Below, in pieces: positions 28,570 to 38,236 of a stretch of 64,000 nt of DNA (the stretch's first letter is position 1; every line of letters starts with the position of its first letter). Source of the stretch: Candidatus Delongbacteria bacterium (GTDB lineage: Bacteria > CAIWAD01). The stretch spans positions 1-64,000 of the forward strand of contig OY760505.1 of assembly GCA_963663545.1 (NCBI GenBank). Direction: 5' to 3'. The notes under the pieces are model-generated. The model made no database searches, had not been told where the DNA came from, and saw nothing but the letters and a program-made list of their open reading frames with translations. Made by a program: the position numbers and the translations under genes.

Positions 28570-29597
28570 AGAAGGTTCTGACACGATTGATTCCGCTGCT
28601 GCTGCTTGTACTGACGCTTGGGTGCAGCAAGCCGCCGGCCTTTGGCGATATGTTTCGTGTCGCCATTTTTGCGGACGACGATACCTGGAAAAAAGTGCAA
28701 CCGGCGGTGGAGGAGGTCTTCAACGCACGCTGGATCACGCCTCAGGACGAGCGCCAGATCGAGTTTCTGCGTGCTGATCCGGCTGAGCTGCAGGAGTTCT
28801 TTAATCGCCGCGACTTGCTGTTGATCATGTGTGGCGAGGCGGAAGGACCCGTGGGTGAGTTTCTGCAGCAGGCGCTTTCGTCCGATGTGCGCTCGCGCAT
28901 TCAGCGCGAAGAGGGCTTTCTCTTCAAGCGCGATGATGCCTTTGCCCGCGGACAACGCGTGGTCATTTGCGCGGCGCCGAACCTGCTCTCCTTCCTAACG
29001 CAATTCAAAGCGCGCGGAGACGAAATTCGCGGTTTGTTCATTGAGCACAATCGTCAGGTGCAAGCAGAGTACTTGTGGCGGGAGGAGGCATCGCAGGAAT
29101 GCGCCGACAGCCTGTTTAACTCCAGTGGTCTTAGCTTGCGCGTGCCGCAGGAGTGGTTCGTGGTACAGGATAGCGCCGAGCCGCGTTTTCTGCGCCTGCG
29201 TGCCTTGAGTCCCGACCGCTGGATCACCGTGCATTGGGTTGACGGCGACGACAGCCTGCGCGGAAGCGAAGACGGCCTGCGTGAAGTACGCCAGCGTCTG
29301 GGGCGCGCTTACTGGGACAAAGACTACAGCGAAAAGGACTGGGGACGCTTCAGCGCCTGCGAACTGGCCGGGCATCCGGCGCAACTCTTCGAGGGCTTGT
29401 GGGGCACGGACGAGTATCTGGGGGGAGGCCCCTTCCTTTTCTGGTCGCTTTACATGCCCGCCGAAGGCGAGCGGCCAGCGCGGACGTATTATATTGACGC
29501 CGCGGTGCTTAATCCTGCTGGTCCGAAGTCGCCGCTTCTGCACCAGCTCAGCACCCTTGTGAATACCCTGCAAGTGCAACCGCTCAACGAGGAATGA
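28566..29597 (+). CDS. DUF4837-like lipoprotein
   Basis: Lipobox TLG-C, TPQDE, FARGQ, GLW...GGGPF. Confidence 0.65.
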   Translation: MKKVLTRLIPLLLLVLTLGCSKPPAFGDMFRVAIFADDDTWKKVQPAVEEVFNARWITPQDERQIEFLRADPAELQEFFNRRDLLLIMCGEAEGPVGEFLQQALSSDVRSRIQREEGFLFKRDDAFARGQRVVICAAPNLLSFLTQFKARGDEIRGLFIEHNRQVQAEYLWREEASQECADSLFNSSGLSLRVPQEWFVVQDSAEPRFLRLRALSPDRWITVHWVDGDDSLRGSEDGLREVRQRLGRAYWDKDYSEKDWGRFSACELAGHPAQLFEGLWGTDEYLGGGPFLFWSLYMPAEGERPARTYYIDAAVLNPAGPKSPLLHQLSTLVNTLQVQPLNEE

Positions 29598-29604
29598 TGC
29601 CCGC

Positions 29605-30069
29605 ATGACACATCGCGTCCTGATTCTCATCGGATCCGAGAGCGACCGCGAGACCTTCAACGCATCGCTGCCTTTTTACGAGTACTTCGGCATTCAGGCG
29701 GAGATCATCGTATCCAGCGCGCATCGCAATGCGGCTCGTACAGCGGAGTTGGCGATGACGGCCCGCGAAAAGGGGTATTGTGCCCTTGTCTGCGGAGCGG
29801 GTATGGCGGCGCATTTGGCGGGCGTAGTCGCCGCGCACAGCACGCTGCCGGTGATCGGCGTGCCGCTGGATGCAGGCGGCTTGGGAGGCATGGATTCGCT
29901 GCTGGCCACGGTGCAGATGCCGGCGGGAATTCCAGTGGCAACCCTGGCCATCGGCAAAGCGGGAGCTCGCAACGCGGCCGTATTGGTGGCACGCATTTTA
30001 TCCCTGGGCGATCGCGCACTGGTCGCGCGTCTCGATGAGTTTATGGCGCAGGGAGCCAGCCTCAAGTGA
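29605..30069 (+). CDS. purE: N5-CAIR mutase
   Basis: [34 protein letters not shown]. Confidence 0.95.
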   Translation: MTHRVLILIGSESDRETFNASLPFYEYFGIQAEIIVSSAHRNAARTAELAMTAREKGYCALVCGAGMAAHLAGVVAAHSTLPVIGVPLDAGGLGGMDSLLATVQMPAGIPVATLAIGKAGARNAAVLVARILSLGDRALVARLDEFMAQGASLK

Positions 30070-30974
30070 AGGCGCGTGTGTTACTGACAGGCTGCCACGG
30101 GCGCTTGGGCCAGCATTTGTTGCGCAGATTGCTGCCCAGCTTCAGTGTGCTGGGCGTTGGCGTGGAAGAGCACAGTTTTGTCGCACATCCCGATTTCCAC
30201 TATGCGCGAGTTGAGAGCGTGGGCCGACGCGATTTCCGCCCGCTCTTTCAGGATTTCCACCCGGACTACGTGCTGAACGCGGCAGCCTGGACCGACGTCG
30301 ATGGAGCGGAGGGCCACCGCGACGCCTGCTGGAAGATCAACGTCGACCTGGTGCGCACGCTGCAAGAGTGCAGCCGCTCGCGCAATGTCTGGCTGGGGCA
30401 GCCCAGCACCGACTATGTCTTTTCAGGCGGCGGCGCCCGTGAAGTTGACGATCGTCCCGAGTCGGTGGGCGTGTATGCCCAGAGCAAGCTGGCAGCCGAG
30501 AATCTGCTGCGCGGCAGCGGACAGCCGGTGGGCGTCTTTCGCACCAGCGTACTCTACGGAAAAGGCTACCGGCTGAAGACCGATTTCTGCAGCTGGGTGG
30601 CCGAAGGCCTGAGCGAGGGACGCACCTTGCGTGTCGTCACCGACCAGATCTCCAATGCCTGTTGGGCGATGGAGTTGGCGACAGTCATGATAACGGCGAT
30701 GGAACGCAGACGCACGGGCGTGTATCACGTCGCTTCGCCGGAAATTGTATCACGCTTTGCCCTGGCCCGGCAGATTGCCACTCTGCTGGGAGTGGATCCG
30801 GAACAGATTCAGCCCGCAGTGACGGCGGAGTTGAATCAATTGGCTGCGCGGCCGTTGGACGGTGGCCTTTTGACCCGACGCAGCGAACAAGCTCTCGGCC
30901 TGCGATTCCGTCCTCTGGCGGAAGCTCTGAAGGCCTGGCACGAGGATCGTCCCGAAACTTGGTCACTCAACTGA
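30066..30974 (+). CDS. dTDP-4-dehydrorhamnose reductase-like SDR
   Basis: [34 protein letters not shown]. Confidence 0.85.
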   Translation: MKARVLLTGCHGRLGQHLLRRLLPSFSVLGVGVEEHSFVAHPDFHYARVESVGRRDFRPLFQDFHPDYVLNAAAWTDVDGAEGHRDACWKINVDLVRTLQECSRSRNVWLGQPSTDYVFSGGGAREVDDRPESVGVYAQSKLAAENLLRGSGQPVGVFRTSVLYGKGYRLKTDFCSWVAEGLSEGRTLRVVTDQISNACWAMELATVMITAMERRRTGVYHVASPEIVSRFALARQIATLLGVDPEQIQPAVTAELNQLAARPLDGGLLTRRSEQALGLRFRPLAEALKAWHEDRPETWSLN

Positions 30975-30984
30975 GGATGGTGAG

Positions 30985-31710
30985 TTGAGCAGTATCACAC
31001 GCGTACTGGTAATTGTGCCGACCTACGACGAAGTCGACAATGTCGAGCGCATCGCTGCACAAATTCTTGCTCAGGATGAGCGACTCGACCTGTTGATTGT
31101 GGACGACAACAGCCCCGACGGCACGGGCGAGCTGGCCGACAACATGTCCGCCGCCAATGGCCGTATTCACGTGATACATCGCGCGGGCAAGCTGGGACTG
31201 GGAACCGCCTACGTGGCCGGTTTCAAGTGGGCCATTGCGCAGGGCTACGACGCCGTTTGCGAAATGGACGCCGACTTCTCGCATGACCCCAATGTGCTCA
31301 AGGTTTTCCTCAAGGAAATCGAAGACCACGACCTGGTGATAGGCAGTCGGTACAAGACGGGCGTGAACGTGGTCAACTGGCCGCTTTCGCGTCTGCTGCT
31401 GTCCTACGGCGCCAGCATCTACACGCGCGTGATCACCGGTCTGCCCATTCACGATCCGACGGCGGGATTCAAAATCTTCCGCCGCGCCACACTGGAACAG
31501 CTCGACCTGGACGAGATCCGTTCGGGCGGCTATAGCTTCCAGATCGAAGTGCACTTCAAAGTCTGGCGCAAAGGTCTGCGCATTCACGAAGTGCCCATCA
31601 TTTTCTACGATCGCACTCACGGTACCAGCAAGATGTCCAAGGCCATCGTGCGCGAAGCCGTCTGGATGGTGTGGAAGCTCAAGCTGCTGGCGCTGCTGGG
31701 CCGCTTGTAG
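30985..31710 (+). CDS. Polyprenol monophosphomannose synthase (Ppm1/DPM1-like GT2)
   Basis: VDDNSPDGTG, KLGLGTAY, MDADFSHDP, GYSFQIE, SKMS. Confidence 0.9.
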   Translation: MSSITRVLVIVPTYDEVDNVERIAAQILAQDERLDLLIVDDNSPDGTGELADNMSAANGRIHVIHRAGKLGLGTAYVAGFKWAIAQGYDAVCEMDADFSHDPNVLKVFLKEIEDHDLVIGSRYKTGVNVVNWPLSRLLLSYGASIYTRVITGLPIHDPTAGFKIFRRATLEQLDLDEIRSGGYSFQIEVHFKVWRKGLRIHEVPIIFYDRTHGTSKMSKAIVREAVWMVWKLKLLALLGRL

Positions 31711-31727
31711 CGGGAAGGAGAGTTCCT

Positions 31728-32690
31728 ATGGCTGTTGAGGCCATTCTTGATTTTGAAAAGCCCATTTTGGAATTGGAGCGCCGCCTGGAGGAGGTGCGTG
31801 CGCTAGCTCGCGACGCGGGCATCAATTCCACCCGCGAGATCAACCAGCTCGAGAAGAAGCTGGCCAAATTGCGCGCGGACACCTATCAGCGGCTGAGCGG
31901 TTGGCAGACGGTGCAGCTGGCGCGTCATCCGCGCCGCCCCTACACGCTGGATTACGTCGAGCGCATCTGCAGCAGCTTTCAGGAACTGCACGGCGATCGC
32001 GCCTTTGCCGACGACCACAGTATCGTGGCCGGTCTGGGACGCATCGGTGACACAAATCTGGCGATCATCGGACACCAGAAGGGGCGTGATACAAAGTCCA
32101 ATATCTATCGCAATTTCGGCATGCCGCAGCCCGAGGGCTACCGCAAGGCGCTGCGTGTGATGCAGACCGCCGAGCGTTTCGGTCTGCCGGTGTTGACCTT
32201 GGTGGATACTTCAGGCGCCTATCCCGGTCTGGGTGCGGAAGCGCGTGGGCAGGCTGAGGCTATTGCCCGTAATCTCTTCGAAATGGCCCGTTTGAAAGTG
32301 CCCATCGTCACCGTTGTTGTGGGCGAAGGCGGATCTGGTGGCGCATTGGCGCTGGCCGTCGCCGACCGTGTGTTGATGTTCCGCCACTCGATTTACAGCG
32401 TGATCAGCCCCGAGGGCTGCGCGTCCATTCTTTTCCGCGACGCGGGCAAAGCCCAGGAGGCCGCCGAGGCCATGCAGATCACCGCTGGCAGATTGTTAGA
32501 GCGTGGCATCGTCGACGAGGTACTCGATGAGCCCGAAGGTGGCGCACATCGCGATTGGGACGCAGCTGCCCGAACCTTGCAAGCCGCAGTGATGGGCCAT
32601 TTCAACGAGCTGAGCGCCCTGCCAGTGGACGAGCTGGTGACGCGGCGCATCGCCAAGTTTGATGCGATGGGAGAGTGGGAGCTTGCCTGA
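31728..32690 (+). CDS. accA: Acetyl-CoA carboxylase carboxyltransferase alpha subunit
   Basis: LDFEKPI, ARHPRRP, HQKGRDTK, RNFGMP.PEGYRKA, GEGGSGGAL. Confidence 0.97.
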   Translation: MAVEAILDFEKPILELERRLEEVRALARDAGINSTREINQLEKKLAKLRADTYQRLSGWQTVQLARHPRRPYTLDYVERICSSFQELHGDRAFADDHSIVAGLGRIGDTNLAIIGHQKGRDTKSNIYRNFGMPQPEGYRKALRVMQTAERFGLPVLTLVDTSGAYPGLGAEARGQAEAIARNLFEMARLKVPIVTVVVGEGGSGGALALAVADRVLMFRHSIYSVISPEGCASILFRDAGKAQEAAEAMQITAGRLLERGIVDEVLDEPEGGAHRDWDAAARTLQAAVMGHFNELSALPVDELVTRRIAKFDAMGEWELA

Positions 32691-33171
32691 GTCCCGTCTT
32701 CCGGCCGCCGACAGTGCAGGCTTTCGCGTCATCGATCGCATTCGCGTGCGCTACGCCGAGACGGACCAGATGGGCTACGCCTACTACGGCCACGCGGCCA
32801 CCTGGTTCGAGCTGGCGCGCACAGGCCTTCTCAGGCTTGCCGGGCGTACTTATCGCAGCATCGAAGAGCAGGATGAACTCATTTTGCCTGTGCTCGAAAT
32901 GAATATTGTGTATCACCAGGCAGCCCACTACGACGATGAACTCACGCTGCTGGCGCGCTGCGATGTATCACAGGATCACCGCGGTCGTCCTTCCCGTCTG
33001 CGCTTCCGCATGGAGTTCCAGATTTGCCGTGACACAGAGCTGCTCTACGAGGGCCACACGCTGCACTGCTTCCTCAGGCGTGATACACGAAGACCGGCCA
33101 ACATGCCTTCGTGGTTCCTGGAGCTTTTGCAGCAGTTGAACAGTAGCAGAGGAGATCAGACTCATGCATGA
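32683..33171 (+). CDS. YbgC/FadM-family acyl-CoA thioesterase
   Basis: RVRYAETDQMG..YYG...WFELAR, YDDEL. Confidence 0.88.
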   Translation: MPESRLPAADSAGFRVIDRIRVRYAETDQMGYAYYGHAATWFELARTGLLRLAGRTYRSIEEQDELILPVLEMNIVYHQAAHYDDELTLLARCDVSQDHRGRPSRLRFRMEFQICRDTELLYEGHTLHCFLRRDTRRPANMPSWFLELLQQLNSSRGDQTHA

Positions 33172-33325
33172 CAAGCTCCAAGAATGGTTGCCTTTTTTGT
33201 GCTGCCCGTTGTGTCGCGGTGAGTTGGAACTGCAGCGGGAGGCACTCTATTGCTGTGCTTGCGAGCGTGCCTATCCCATCATCGACGGAATTCCTGATCT
33301 GGTGCCGCCGGAGCGAGAGGACTGA
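33164..33325 (+). CDS. Trm112/YcaR family protein (53 aa, not in ORF track)
   Basis: MHDKLQEWLPFLCCPLCRGELELQREALYCCACERAYPIIDGIPDLVPPERED*; RBS GGAGA. Confidence 0.85.
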   Translation: MHDKLQEWLPFLCCPLCRGELELQREALYCCACERAYPIIDGIPDLVPPERED

Positions 33326-33382
33326 GGGCCGTTGGTCCGGCGCGCTTTGTTATCTTGACCGAAACTTTTCTGGAGAAGAATC

Positions 33383-33679
33383 ATGCCCCTTTTTGCCCAA
33401 GCCGCTGCAAGTCCCAATCCGCTGGGAATGATGCTGCCCTTCATCGTCATGATCGCCATCATCTACTTCCTGATCATTCGTCCGCAAAACAAGCGGCAGA
33501 AAGAGCATCAGAAGATGGTCGAAGCGCTGGTCAAGGGCGATCGCATTTTAACCAACGGCGGCCTTTACGGCACTGTCAAGGATATCAAGGAAGACATCGT
33601 GATCGTGAAGATTGCGGAAGGCGCGAATGTAGAACTTGCCCGTTCGGCAATCTCTGCGGTTATTCGCAAAAAGGACTAG
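33383..33679 (+). CDS. yajC: Preprotein translocase subunit YajC
   Basis: YFLIIRPQ.KRQKEH, KGD.I.T.GGLYG. Confidence 0.95.
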   Translation: MPLFAQAAASPNPLGMMLPFIVMIAIIYFLIIRPQNKRQKEHQKMVEALVKGDRILTNGGLYGTVKDIKEDIVIVKIAEGANVELARSAISAVIRKKD

Positions 33680-33709
33680 GCCGCCTGTCGGTACTGTGAA
33701 AGGAAGAGG

Positions 33710-34213
33710 ATGGACTACGACGTACGTATCATCGGCGATCCCGTGTTACGCCGTAAAGCCGAAACCGTTACCGTCTTCGACGAAGAGCTGAAAGCGCTGG
33801 CTCAGGATATGCTGGAAACCATGGTCGACTCCGATGGAGTAGGTCTGGCCGCGCCCCAGGTGGGCATCAGCAAACGCCTGCTGGTGGTGGGCATTCCCGA
33901 CGAAGAGGATAAGCTGCATTTCGCCGCCTTTGTGAATCCGCGCATTCTCGAGCAGCGCGGCAACGTGGTGATGGAAGAAGGCTGCTTGAGTGTGCCGGGC
34001 ATCCGCGAGGATGTGGAGCGCCCTGAAAGCATCCGCTTGAGCTGGCAGGATCTGGACGGCGAGCAGTACGAAGGCTGGCTCACCGATCTGGACGCTCGCG
34101 TGTTACAGCACGAGATGGATCACCTCGAGGGCGTGCTTTTTATCGATCGCATCAGTCCCGCACGGCGCACTACGCTGAAGAGTCGCCTGAATGATCTGAA
34201 GCGGCAGGACTAA
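33710..34213 (+). CDS. def: Peptide deformylase
   Basis: GVGLAAPQVG, EGCLSVP, QHEMDHL. Confidence 0.97.
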   Translation: MDYDVRIIGDPVLRRKAETVTVFDEELKALAQDMLETMVDSDGVGLAAPQVGISKRLLVVGIPDEEDKLHFAAFVNPRILEQRGNVVMEEGCLSVPGIREDVERPESIRLSWQDLDGEQYEGWLTDLDARVLQHEMDHLEGVLFIDRISPARRTTLKSRLNDLKRQD

Positions 34214-35152
34214 ATGGCCGGGCTGGTTTTCATGGGCAGTCCGGGGTTCGCACTGCCAAGCCTGGATGCACTGGTGGCGGCTGGCCATGACCTTCGTCTG
34301 GTGGTCAGTCGGCCTGATCAACCTGCCGGGCGTGGTCGCAAGCTGCGTCCGACCGAGGTCAGTGCCCGAGCGCTGGAGCTTGGATTACCGCTATGTCGCC
34401 CTGTGCGCATGCGCGATCCTGGTTTTCTGGCCGAGCTGCGCGGCACCGAGGCCGAGCTGTTTGTCGTGGTGGCCTTTCGCCTGCTGCCCGGACGCATTCT
34501 CAAAATGCCAAGTCTGGGTGCCTTCAACTTGCACGGAAGCCTGCTACCCGCTTATCGCGGCGCGGCTCCCATTCAACACGCTTTAATGGACGGCAAGGCC
34601 AGCACGGGTCTGACCACTTTCCTGCTGGACCGCGGCGTGGATACAGGCGGCATTCTGCTACAGGAAACCACACCTATTTCTACCGGCGACGACCTGGGTA
34701 GCCTGCACGATCGCATGGCGGTTCAGGGAGCCGCTTTGGTGGTGCGCACGGTGGAGGGGCTGCTGGCGGGAACACTGACGGCGACTTCCCAACCCGAAGG
34801 CAACTGGCCCCTGGCGCCGCGCATCGAAGCCGATACACGCCGCATTGACTGGCACAGGGCTGCCAACATGCTGCACAATCAGGTGCGTGCGCTTTCGCCC
34901 GTACCTGCTGCGCTGTGCCGACTGCACGACCGCTGGTTGAAGCTTTTCGCCACGCGCGTTGAAGAATTGCCGACGGACGATAGCGCCCCCGCACCCGGCA
35001 CGGTTCTGGAAACGGGAGGCGAAGGCCCCCTGGTGGCCTGTGGCGCACGTGCACTGCGTATTCTGGAACTGGCTCCCGAAGGCAAACGACGTATGCGCGC
35101 CGCCGACTGGCTGCGTGGTTACAAGCTGGAAATCGGCGAACAGATGGAGTGA
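34214..35152 (+). CDS. fmt: Methionyl-tRNA formyltransferase
   Basis: VFMGSP.FA, PD.PAGRG, NLHGSLLP.YRGAAPI. Confidence 0.96.
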   Translation: MAGLVFMGSPGFALPSLDALVAAGHDLRLVVSRPDQPAGRGRKLRPTEVSARALELGLPLCRPVRMRDPGFLAELRGTEAELFVVVAFRLLPGRILKMPSLGAFNLHGSLLPAYRGAAPIQHALMDGKASTGLTTFLLDRGVDTGGILLQETTPISTGDDLGSLHDRMAVQGAALVVRTVEGLLAGTLTATSQPEGNWPLAPRIEADTRRIDWHRAANMLHNQVRALSPVPAALCRLHDRWLKLFATRVEELPTDDSAPAPGTVLETGGEGPLVACGARALRILELAPEGKRRMRAADWLRGYKLEIGEQME

Positions 35153-35174
35153 ACAACTGTACCGAGGAGGTAGC

Positions 35175-35954
35175 ATGAAGTCTATTCTATTCTCACTGAT
35201 GCTTCTACCCCTGCTGAGTACCGGGCTACAGGCAGCGACGAGTTTTGATGATCTGCTGGACGAGGTCATCGTCAACACCAATGCCGAATTGGAAACCTAC
35301 GTTCAGCCGCTGGCTGACGCTCTGGCACAAGGCGCGAGTACGGCCACATTTCATAGCGCCGGATCCAAGGGGCTACTGGGCCTGGATCTGGGCGTCAAGC
35401 TGCAAACCCTGTCCTTCGGTTCTGGCGATCAGGAAGGCATCCTGGATCAGAGCGAGGCCAATGCGGCCGTGCTGCCGGTGCTCTTTGTCAACAAAGGCCT
35501 GGTGGCGGGCTGGATGGTGGGCGTGCGCGGCATGAGCCTCAAGCTGAGCGACGAGGTGGGTACGTTGACGTTGTTGGGCGGTGCGGTACGCTGGGAAGTG
35601 AATGAACTCTTCGATATCCCGCTCGTGATGCCGCGCATTGGTTTGCAGGCGAACTACAACCGCCTGAGTGTGGGCGAATACCTGCAAACGGATGCCCTTA
35701 GCTTCGACCTGTTGGTCTCCAAGCAACTGCTGATTTTGGGTCCCTACGCGGGCTACAGCTACGGCAAGGCGACGACAAATCTGGATTTCACCAGCCGCAG
35801 CAATCTGCCCGTAGACATGGATCTGGACAGTGATATCAGCCGCCTGACCCTGGGCCTGAACATCACGCCCTTCCCGCTTTTGCGAATCAATGCTGAGTAC
35901 AGTATGGGCACCTACGATACCTATACCGTGGGCTTGCTGTTCGATCTCTTTTAG
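35175..35954 (+). CDS. Putative outer-membrane beta-barrel protein (DUF6588-like)
   Basis: RBS GAGGAGG, signal peptide, alternating beta-strands, terminal Phe. Confidence 0.65.
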   Translation: MKSILFSLMLLPLLSTGLQAATSFDDLLDEVIVNTNAELETYVQPLADALAQGASTATFHSAGSKGLLGLDLGVKLQTLSFGSGDQEGILDQSEANAAVLPVLFVNKGLVAGWMVGVRGMSLKLSDEVGTLTLLGGAVRWEVNELFDIPLVMPRIGLQANYNRLSVGEYLQTDALSFDLLVSKQLLILGPYAGYSYGKATTNLDFTSRSNLPVDMDLDSDISRLTLGLNITPFPLLRINAEYSMGTYDTYTVGLLFDLF

Positions 35955-35962
35955 GACCGCGC

Positions 35963-37105
35963 GTGGCAGGAGTATTGATCATCGGTTCCACCGGCTCCAT
36001 CGGTGAGAACACATTGAAGGTGCTGGAACAGCATGCGGAGGAATTCTCCGTTGCCGGACTGAGCGCGCATAGCCGCTGGCAGCGCCTGGTAGAGCAGGCT
36101 CTTGCTTACAAACCACAGTTTGTTCACATCAGCGAGGAGCACTTTGATCGGGTCAAGGAGGCGCTGAGCGGCAGCGGAATTGAAGTCCTCTGCGGTTGGC
36201 GCGAACTGGTCGAAGCGCCGGCACGTCCCGAAGTGGAGGTGCTGGTTTCTGCCATCGTCGGCGTACGCGGGCTTGAGCCTCTGCTGACGGGCATTCGCCA
36301 CAAGCGCCGCGTCTGTTTTGCCAACAAGGAGCCGCTGGTCAGTGCCGGAGAGCTGGTGATGCGCGAGGCTGCGGCTTCAGGGTGCATTCTGCTGCCCATC
36401 GACAGCGAGCACAGCGCCATTCTGCAGTGCATTCAAGGTGAGGCGCACGAGGATCTGCGCCGCGTGATCCTGACGGCGTCTGGTGGACCTTTTCGCCTGG
36501 CCAGTCGAGTGGAGTTCCTCGGTGCCGGACTCGAGCAGGCGCTGAAGCATCCTACCTGGTCGATGGGGGCCAAAATCACCATCGACTCAGCCACCATGAT
36601 GAACAAGGGGCTCGAAATCATCGAGGCCTGTTGGCTCTATCGTCTGCCGGAAATCTCCGTTGGCGTACTGTTGCATCCGCAATCGATCGTGCACTCCATG
36701 GTTGAATTCCGCGATGGCAGTGTAAAGGCGCAACTGGGGTTGCCCGATATGCGCATTCCCATTCAGTACGCGCTCAGCTGGCCCAGGCGTCTCGAACTCG
36801 AGATGCCGGTGCCTGATTGGGCGGCCATGGGGGCGTTGGAGTTTGCGGAACCCGACACGGACAAGTTCCGTTCGTTGACGATTGCGCGCGAGTGTTCGCG
36901 CCTGGGCGGTGCTTACGCTTGTGTCATGAATGCGGCCAATGAAGCGGCTGTAGCGCGCTTTCTTGAAGGCGGCATGCCACTGGGGCGCATCCTGGAGTTG
37001 GTCGAAGATGAGCTGGCCGCTTACTCGGGACAGCACAAAAGCCTTGAAGAACTCATCGAATTGAGCGAGGATATTCAACACCGGGTGCGGTCCCGGACTA
37101 GCTGA
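35963..37105 (+). CDS. dxr: 1-deoxy-D-xylulose-5-phosphate reductoisomerase
   Basis: GSTGSIG, ANKE, PIDSEHSA, TASGGPF, HPTWSMGAKITIDSATMMNKGLE. Confidence 0.97.
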   Translation: MAGVLIIGSTGSIGENTLKVLEQHAEEFSVAGLSAHSRWQRLVEQALAYKPQFVHISEEHFDRVKEALSGSGIEVLCGWRELVEAPARPEVEVLVSAIVGVRGLEPLLTGIRHKRRVCFANKEPLVSAGELVMREAAASGCILLPIDSEHSAILQCIQGEAHEDLRRVILTASGGPFRLASRVEFLGAGLEQALKHPTWSMGAKITIDSATMMNKGLEIIEACWLYRLPEISVGVLLHPQSIVHSMVEFRDGSVKAQLGLPDMRIPIQYALSWPRRLELEMPVPDWAAMGALEFAEPDTDKFRSLTIARECSRLGGAYACVMNAANEAAVARFLEGGMPLGRILELVEDELAAYSGQHKSLEELIELSEDIQHRVRSRTS

Positions 37106-37120
37106 AATCACAGGAATCTC

Positions 37121-38236
37121 ATGCTGACCCTGTTCTCCTTCATCATTGTCATCGGCATCATTATCACGGTTCACGAAGCGGGCCACTTCCTTGCTGCGCG
37201 CGCCGTCGGTATTCGCGTGGAGACTTTCTCCATTGGCTTTGGACCCGCCATCTATCGCTGGCAGCGCGGCGAAACCGAGTACCGTGTAGCCTGGATTCCG
37301 CTGGGCGGCTATGTGAAAATGGCGGGAATGATCGACGAAAGCCTGGACGAGCAGTCCGTCACGGGGGCGCCCGACGAGTTCATGTCGAAGAATTTCCTGC
37401 AGAAGAGCCTGGTGATTCTGGCTGGCGTGATCATGAACTTCGTTCTGGCCATCGTGTTGTTTACAACCCATGCCTGGTTTCAGGGAGTGCAAGAGCCCGT
37501 CGATCGGCCCTTGATCGGTGGAGTGGATGCGAATCAACCCGCCTACGCTGCCGGGCTGCGCGAAGGCGATCTTATTCTTAGCATCGAAGGCCGTAATGTG
37601 GACTCCTGGGTGGCCATGGCGGAGGAAATTCGTCAGCATCCCGAAGAACAGATTCAATTGTATGTGCTACGTGATACAGACTCGCTGCTGGTGCTCGTAA
37701 CTCCCGCACTAGTGCCCGCACCCAGCGGCAAGGAACAGGTGGGCGCCATCGGCATCATCCCCACCTACGAGACGCATCGCGTCGGTTTGATCTCGGGTCT
37801 GCGGGCGGGTACGCTGCAAACCTACGGCGTCATGTCAGCGGTCACCGGTACTCTTCGTGCGCTGATGACGGGTAACGCAGGGCTACGTGACCTGGGCGGA
37901 CCCCTCTTTATCGCTCAGCTTTCGGGCGAAAGCGCACGCAACGGCGTCTGGAGTTTTCTGGCCTTTTTGGCATTCATTTCCGTCAACATCGGTTTTCTGA
38001 ACCTCCTGCCCATTCCCGCACTTGACGGCGGCCACATGGTGTACATCTTCGTGGAAGGCCTGATGCGGCGACCTCTTCCGGTCAAGTTGAAATTGTGGAT
38101 CCAGCAGGTGGGCATGATCCTGCTGTTGGTACTGATGCTCATTATCCTGAAGAATGATGTTGTGCGCGTTTTCCAGCGGCATCAGAATACGTCACCTGCC
38201 ACGGAGCAGCTCCAGGAGACGGGAGAGCAGCCGTGA
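37121..38236 (+). CDS. rseP: RIP metalloprotease RseP
   Basis: HEAGH, PLGGYVKM, PDZ domain, NLLPIPALDGG. Confidence 0.95.
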   Translation: MLTLFSFIIVIGIIITVHEAGHFLAARAVGIRVETFSIGFGPAIYRWQRGETEYRVAWIPLGGYVKMAGMIDESLDEQSVTGAPDEFMSKNFLQKSLVILAGVIMNFVLAIVLFTTHAWFQGVQEPVDRPLIGGVDANQPAYAAGLREGDLILSIEGRNVDSWVAMAEEIRQHPEEQIQLYVLRDTDSLLVLVTPALVPAPSGKEQVGAIGIIPTYETHRVGLISGLRAGTLQTYGVMSAVTGTLRALMTGNAGLRDLGGPLFIAQLSGESARNGVWSFLAFLAFISVNIGFLNLLPIPALDGGHMVYIFVEGLMRRPLPVKLKLWIQQVGMILLLVLMLIILKNDVVRVFQRHQNTSPATEQLQETGEQP

